Shown one piece after another: positions 36,586 through 39,074 of a DNA stretch of 39,074 nucleotides (position 1 is its first letter; every line of letters starts with the position of its first letter). The position numbers and the translations under genes are program-made. Source of the stretch: a virus (lineage: Duplodnaviria > Caudoviricetes). The stretch spans positions 1-39,074 of the IMG/VR virus record IMGVR_UViG_3300028586_000742; one strand, written 5' to 3'. The notes under the pieces were generated by a model that saw only the letters and a program-made list of their open reading frames with translations, did not search any database and had not been told where the DNA came from.

Positions 36586-36912
36586 TTAAGAGCGGTTATG
36601 GGTTTTTAAGAATTCGTGAAGGGAGATGGTTTTGATGCCGAGAGAACGGGCAATGATGAATTCGAGCGTTGCTCCCCGGCTATCCTGCCAGTCATCGAGC
36701 ATGATCATGACCTCGCAAAAGCAAAGCGCACAGATGCAGATCTTCATGCATTTTTCCCATTCTGCAGCCGGAATGCCTATGCAGAGTTCATGTGGGTTTA
36801 CGACTTCGTAGCCGAGATGGCGGAGCTGCTTTGTGGCAATCTCAAACTTGATTTTGTTTAATTCAGGCATACCACTGATGGCACCTGAAACGTAAAGCTT
36901 CGGTTTACACAT
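36586..36912 (-). CDS. DUF4406-like (nucleoside deoxyribosyltransferase-like) protein
   Basis: LYVSGAISG, GYEVVNP, WQDSRGATLE. Confidence 0.85.
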   Translation of the reverse strand: MCKPKLYVSGAISGMPELNKIKFEIATKQLRHLGYEVVNPHELCIGIPAAEWEKCMKICICALCFCEVMIMLDDWQDSRGATLEFIIARSLGIKTISLHEFLKTHNRS

Positions 36913-36926
36913 AGTTGTGATCCTGA

Positions 36927-37109
36927 TTAGTGAGAAGAATGTTGGCTTGTAGTTTGATGCTTCAATCGGTAGTTATCAGCGGAAAGCCTCATACAGGAGA
37001 CTATGAATATAGCAGCAACAAATAGCGAAAGCATCAGTAATACTGTGAGAAGTGCTTCCCGATCATATCGATGAAAGCGTTTTTTTAATGACCTAACAAT
37101 GTGTTTCAT
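36927..37109 (-). CDS. Small single-TM protein
   Basis: LLTVLLMLSLFVAAIFIVSC. Confidence 0.45.
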   Translation of the reverse strand: MKHIVRSLKKRFHRYDREALLTVLLMLSLFVAAIFIVSCMRLSADNYRLKHQTTSQHSSH

Positions 37110-37261
37110 TACGTATCAATTTGCCTGGATGGATTTGCAGATCTTCCAGAAGTAAATAAATCAGATGGCTCAATGAGCCGATAACGGTACTGGATAGCCT
37201 AACCTTAAACTGCCAACCGTTAAATTTTCAGGTCCGCTCAACTGAGTCGGGCCTTTTTGTT

Positions 37262-37747
37262 TTACTGCCCCTGTGAGTAGTTGCAGCCTTTAAGCTCAAC
37301 AATGTGATACCTGCGCATCACTCGTGGATCGGCCATCAGGCTTTCGATGCTCATCTCGGTTGTAACGATAACCCGAGGGGAGGGAATGTATATGCTTGGT
37401 TTGCCATGCCGTCTTACCACTATTGAATCATTGCTCATAATGGAAAAGGTTTGGGCAAGCAGTTCTATATCCTGTACGTCGTCAATCAAAATGGCTTTAT
37501 GTTCTTCAGTAAGTCCAGAGAAGACGAATGGATCATCGAACACATTTTTAGTTCTTCCATTGATCTCTAATCGTTTCGGGAGTAATTCGCCAATAAATTT
37601 TGCGATTAAACTTTTCCCTGTACACGGATCGCCGCACAGTATTAGTCCTTTTTGGACATGGAACTCGTAAGATTCTTTCATTTCTATTGGTATTGTAAGT
37701 GAATTTTTGTTGTGATAAACTCCTGCAGTTTGCAGCTGCAGGAGCAT
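37262..37747 (-). CDS. Small stand-alone P-loop NTPase (SF3-helicase-like); start may be ATG 37681
   Basis: GDPCTGKS, ILIDD, VIVTTE, MRRY. Confidence 0.7.
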   Translation of the reverse strand: MLLQLQTAGVYHNKNSLTIPIEMKESYEFHVQKGLILCGDPCTGKSLIAKFIGELLPKRLEINGRTKNVFDDPFVFSGLTEEHKAILIDDVQDIELLAQTFSIMSNDSIVVRRHGKPSIYIPSPRVIVTTEMSIESLMADPRVMRRYHIVELKGCNYSQGQ

Positions 37748-37830
37748 TGGTGATTTATAAGAACTGGCTTCAATTGAAATCGGGAGAAAGCACCCGTTCC
37801 GGCAACGGTGTCCGGAAAAGCCCTAACCTT

Positions 37831-38076
37831 TTAAACTGCGGTCCGTTGATAGTCTTCGTATACGTTTAGCACGTTTATATGTACACCGTGCATGATCTTT
37901 AAGCTGTCGCGCAATTCTCTTCTTCGATCAATTGCAGCGGCGAGAAATCTTGAATTCAAGGCTGCTTGTTGAAGGTTTAAAGGCGTGGATGCTAACCTGG
38001 TGCTTAATTGAAAAATGTCTACATTTACACTTTCAATTTCTAAAAGGATTTCTGTGGGGGTTTTAAAAGCTTTCAT
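37831..38076 (-). CDS. Hypothetical protein
   Basis: 81 aa helical ORF in the early operon. Confidence 0.5.
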   Translation of the reverse strand: MKAFKTPTEILLEIESVNVDIFQLSTRLASTPLNLQQAALNSRFLAAAIDRRRELRDSLKIMHGVHINVLNVYEDYQRTAV

Positions 38077-38268
38077 ATAAGTGATCTTTAAGTACAGAAG
38101 AACCGGGTAGTAGCCGGTTTTTTCTGTTTATTGGTGAATGATATCCTGCAGTATCTCTGCAGGTGTAGTTGGTTACTATTTTATTCGCTACAGCTTTCCC
38201 ACTCAACTTCCCACTATTTCTCAGCCATATGCATGAGTATTCCATCAGCCGCTTTTTGTCGCTGGTTT

Positions 38269-38844
38269 CTAAATCAATTTGTATTTGTATGCAAGTATTG
38301 AAAGGCCTGCTTTCCGCTGAGTTTCTGCTTTGATGCAGAGATTGTCTTTATGGTTTCGCAGTGTGTCCTGCGAGATTTTGAGTACCTCACAGATTTCTTT
38401 ATCCAACAGACCTAAGCCGATTTGGCGGAGTACTTCTATTTCTTTTTTCGTCAAGGTGCCGTTTGGAAGTACAATGGAGCTGCATAGTTTTCCTTCATAG
38501 TCACAGATTCCGCCACGCCTTCCACAGTCTACATATTCAGCGGGCTGCATAATCCCGGTATCACATATATCTGGGGTATTGTCGAACCCACCAAAACGGC
38601 AAGCGATGTACTGGCGCATTCTTTCATCCGGATCCGTGATGTCCCAGTCATGTAGAGCTTTCATCGCTTTAGGGTTTGCGGCCATATCTGCATCTACGAT
38701 ATCAATGATCTCGGAAGGGAAGTCTTTAAATGGATACTTATTCCCCTTGTAAAGGCACCATATCTCATGCATGTAAATAAAGAACTCAACCGAGTTATCC
38801 ATTAAGCCAGGTGGAAGGGTTTGCTTGCGGTCTACGAAGTTCAT
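38269..38844 (-). CDS. LuxR-type HTH regulator with Cys-rich N-terminal region
   Basis: LTKKEIEVLRQIGLGLLDKEICEVLKISQDTLRNHKDNL; five clustered Cys upstream. Confidence 0.85.
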   Translation of the reverse strand: MNFVDRKQTLPPGLMDNSVEFFIYMHEIWCLYKGNKYPFKDFPSEIIDIVDADMAANPKAMKALHDWDITDPDERMRQYIACRFGGFDNTPDICDTGIMQPAEYVDCGRRGGICDYEGKLCSSIVLPNGTLTKKEIEVLRQIGLGLLDKEICEVLKISQDTLRNHKDNLCIKAETQRKAGLSILAYKYKLI

Positions 38845-39074
38845 GAAGCAAGTTCTTTTATTGCCTCTTTCTGCAACTCCAACTTTTCCTTCTGCTCTTT
38901 TACTACTTCAATGGCTGCATCGATCACTTTGCTGTTGTAGCGTTTAGGATCATTAAGAACTTTTCTAACAGCTTCGGCTGTAACCCTATGCAGCTTAGAT
39001 GCTACGAGCTCGTAGCCACCTACCGGCAATTTCTCTCTTAATATTCTGAGCTCAGTTCGACTAATTTTTAGCAT
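38841..39074 (-). CDS. Small Cro-like HTH protein
   Basis: 77 aa basic, YELVASKLHRVTAEAVRKVL; first gene of the early operon; ATGA overlap with the next gene. Confidence 0.55.
   Translation of the reverse strand: MLKISRTELRILREKLPVGGYELVASKLHRVTAEAVRKVLNDPKRYNSKVIDAAIEVVKEQKEKLELQKEAIKELAS

Larger units (their letters stand above)
1..39074. mobile_element. Prophage (temperate, siphovirus-like, probable Bacteroidota host); boundaries extend beyond the window
   Basis: Integrase, primase-helicase, terminase, portal, ClpP-like protease, capsid, CHAP endolysin, tail and tape measure genes; no host housekeeping genes and no recognisable sheath gene. Confidence 0.95.

Noticed and set aside
38063-38245. 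60-aa ORF in the early operon
   Set aside because: No motif and doubtful composition; not supportable

Overview
The whole window is a temperate prophage, most likely of a Bacteroidota host (inferred from integrase architecture, gene families and TAnnTTTG-type promoter boxes). It runs from a tyrosine integrase ATG at base 1 (+) to a Cro-like gene ATG at base 39074 (-); att sites and repressor are presumably outside. On the - strand, in transcription order: early/replication genes (Cro-like, Cys-rich LuxR-HTH, small P-loop NTPase, DUF4406-like, primase-helicase), an iteron-rich AT region (candidate origin), a putative late regulator, ClpP-like protease, major capsid, tail tube, terminases, portal, adaptor, lysis genes, tail proteins and tape measure. 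Three AT-rich accessory cassettes look like anti-phage defence: an ApeA-like HEPN protein, a Lit/U49-like HEXXH peptidase, and a three-gene chaperone/antitoxin/ADP-ribosyltransferase-like cassette. Main highlights: a tail protein fused to an apparently intact GH10 glycanase next to a frameshifted SGNH esterase tail fibre; five copies of a bipartite CCTGTCCTTT-N20-(G/C)AnnTTnG late-promoter motif; CTAA-N5-TTAG boxes over the promoters near the putative late regulator; a capsid protein with a hydrophobic N-terminal leader. All family calls come from motif reading only; no searches were run.
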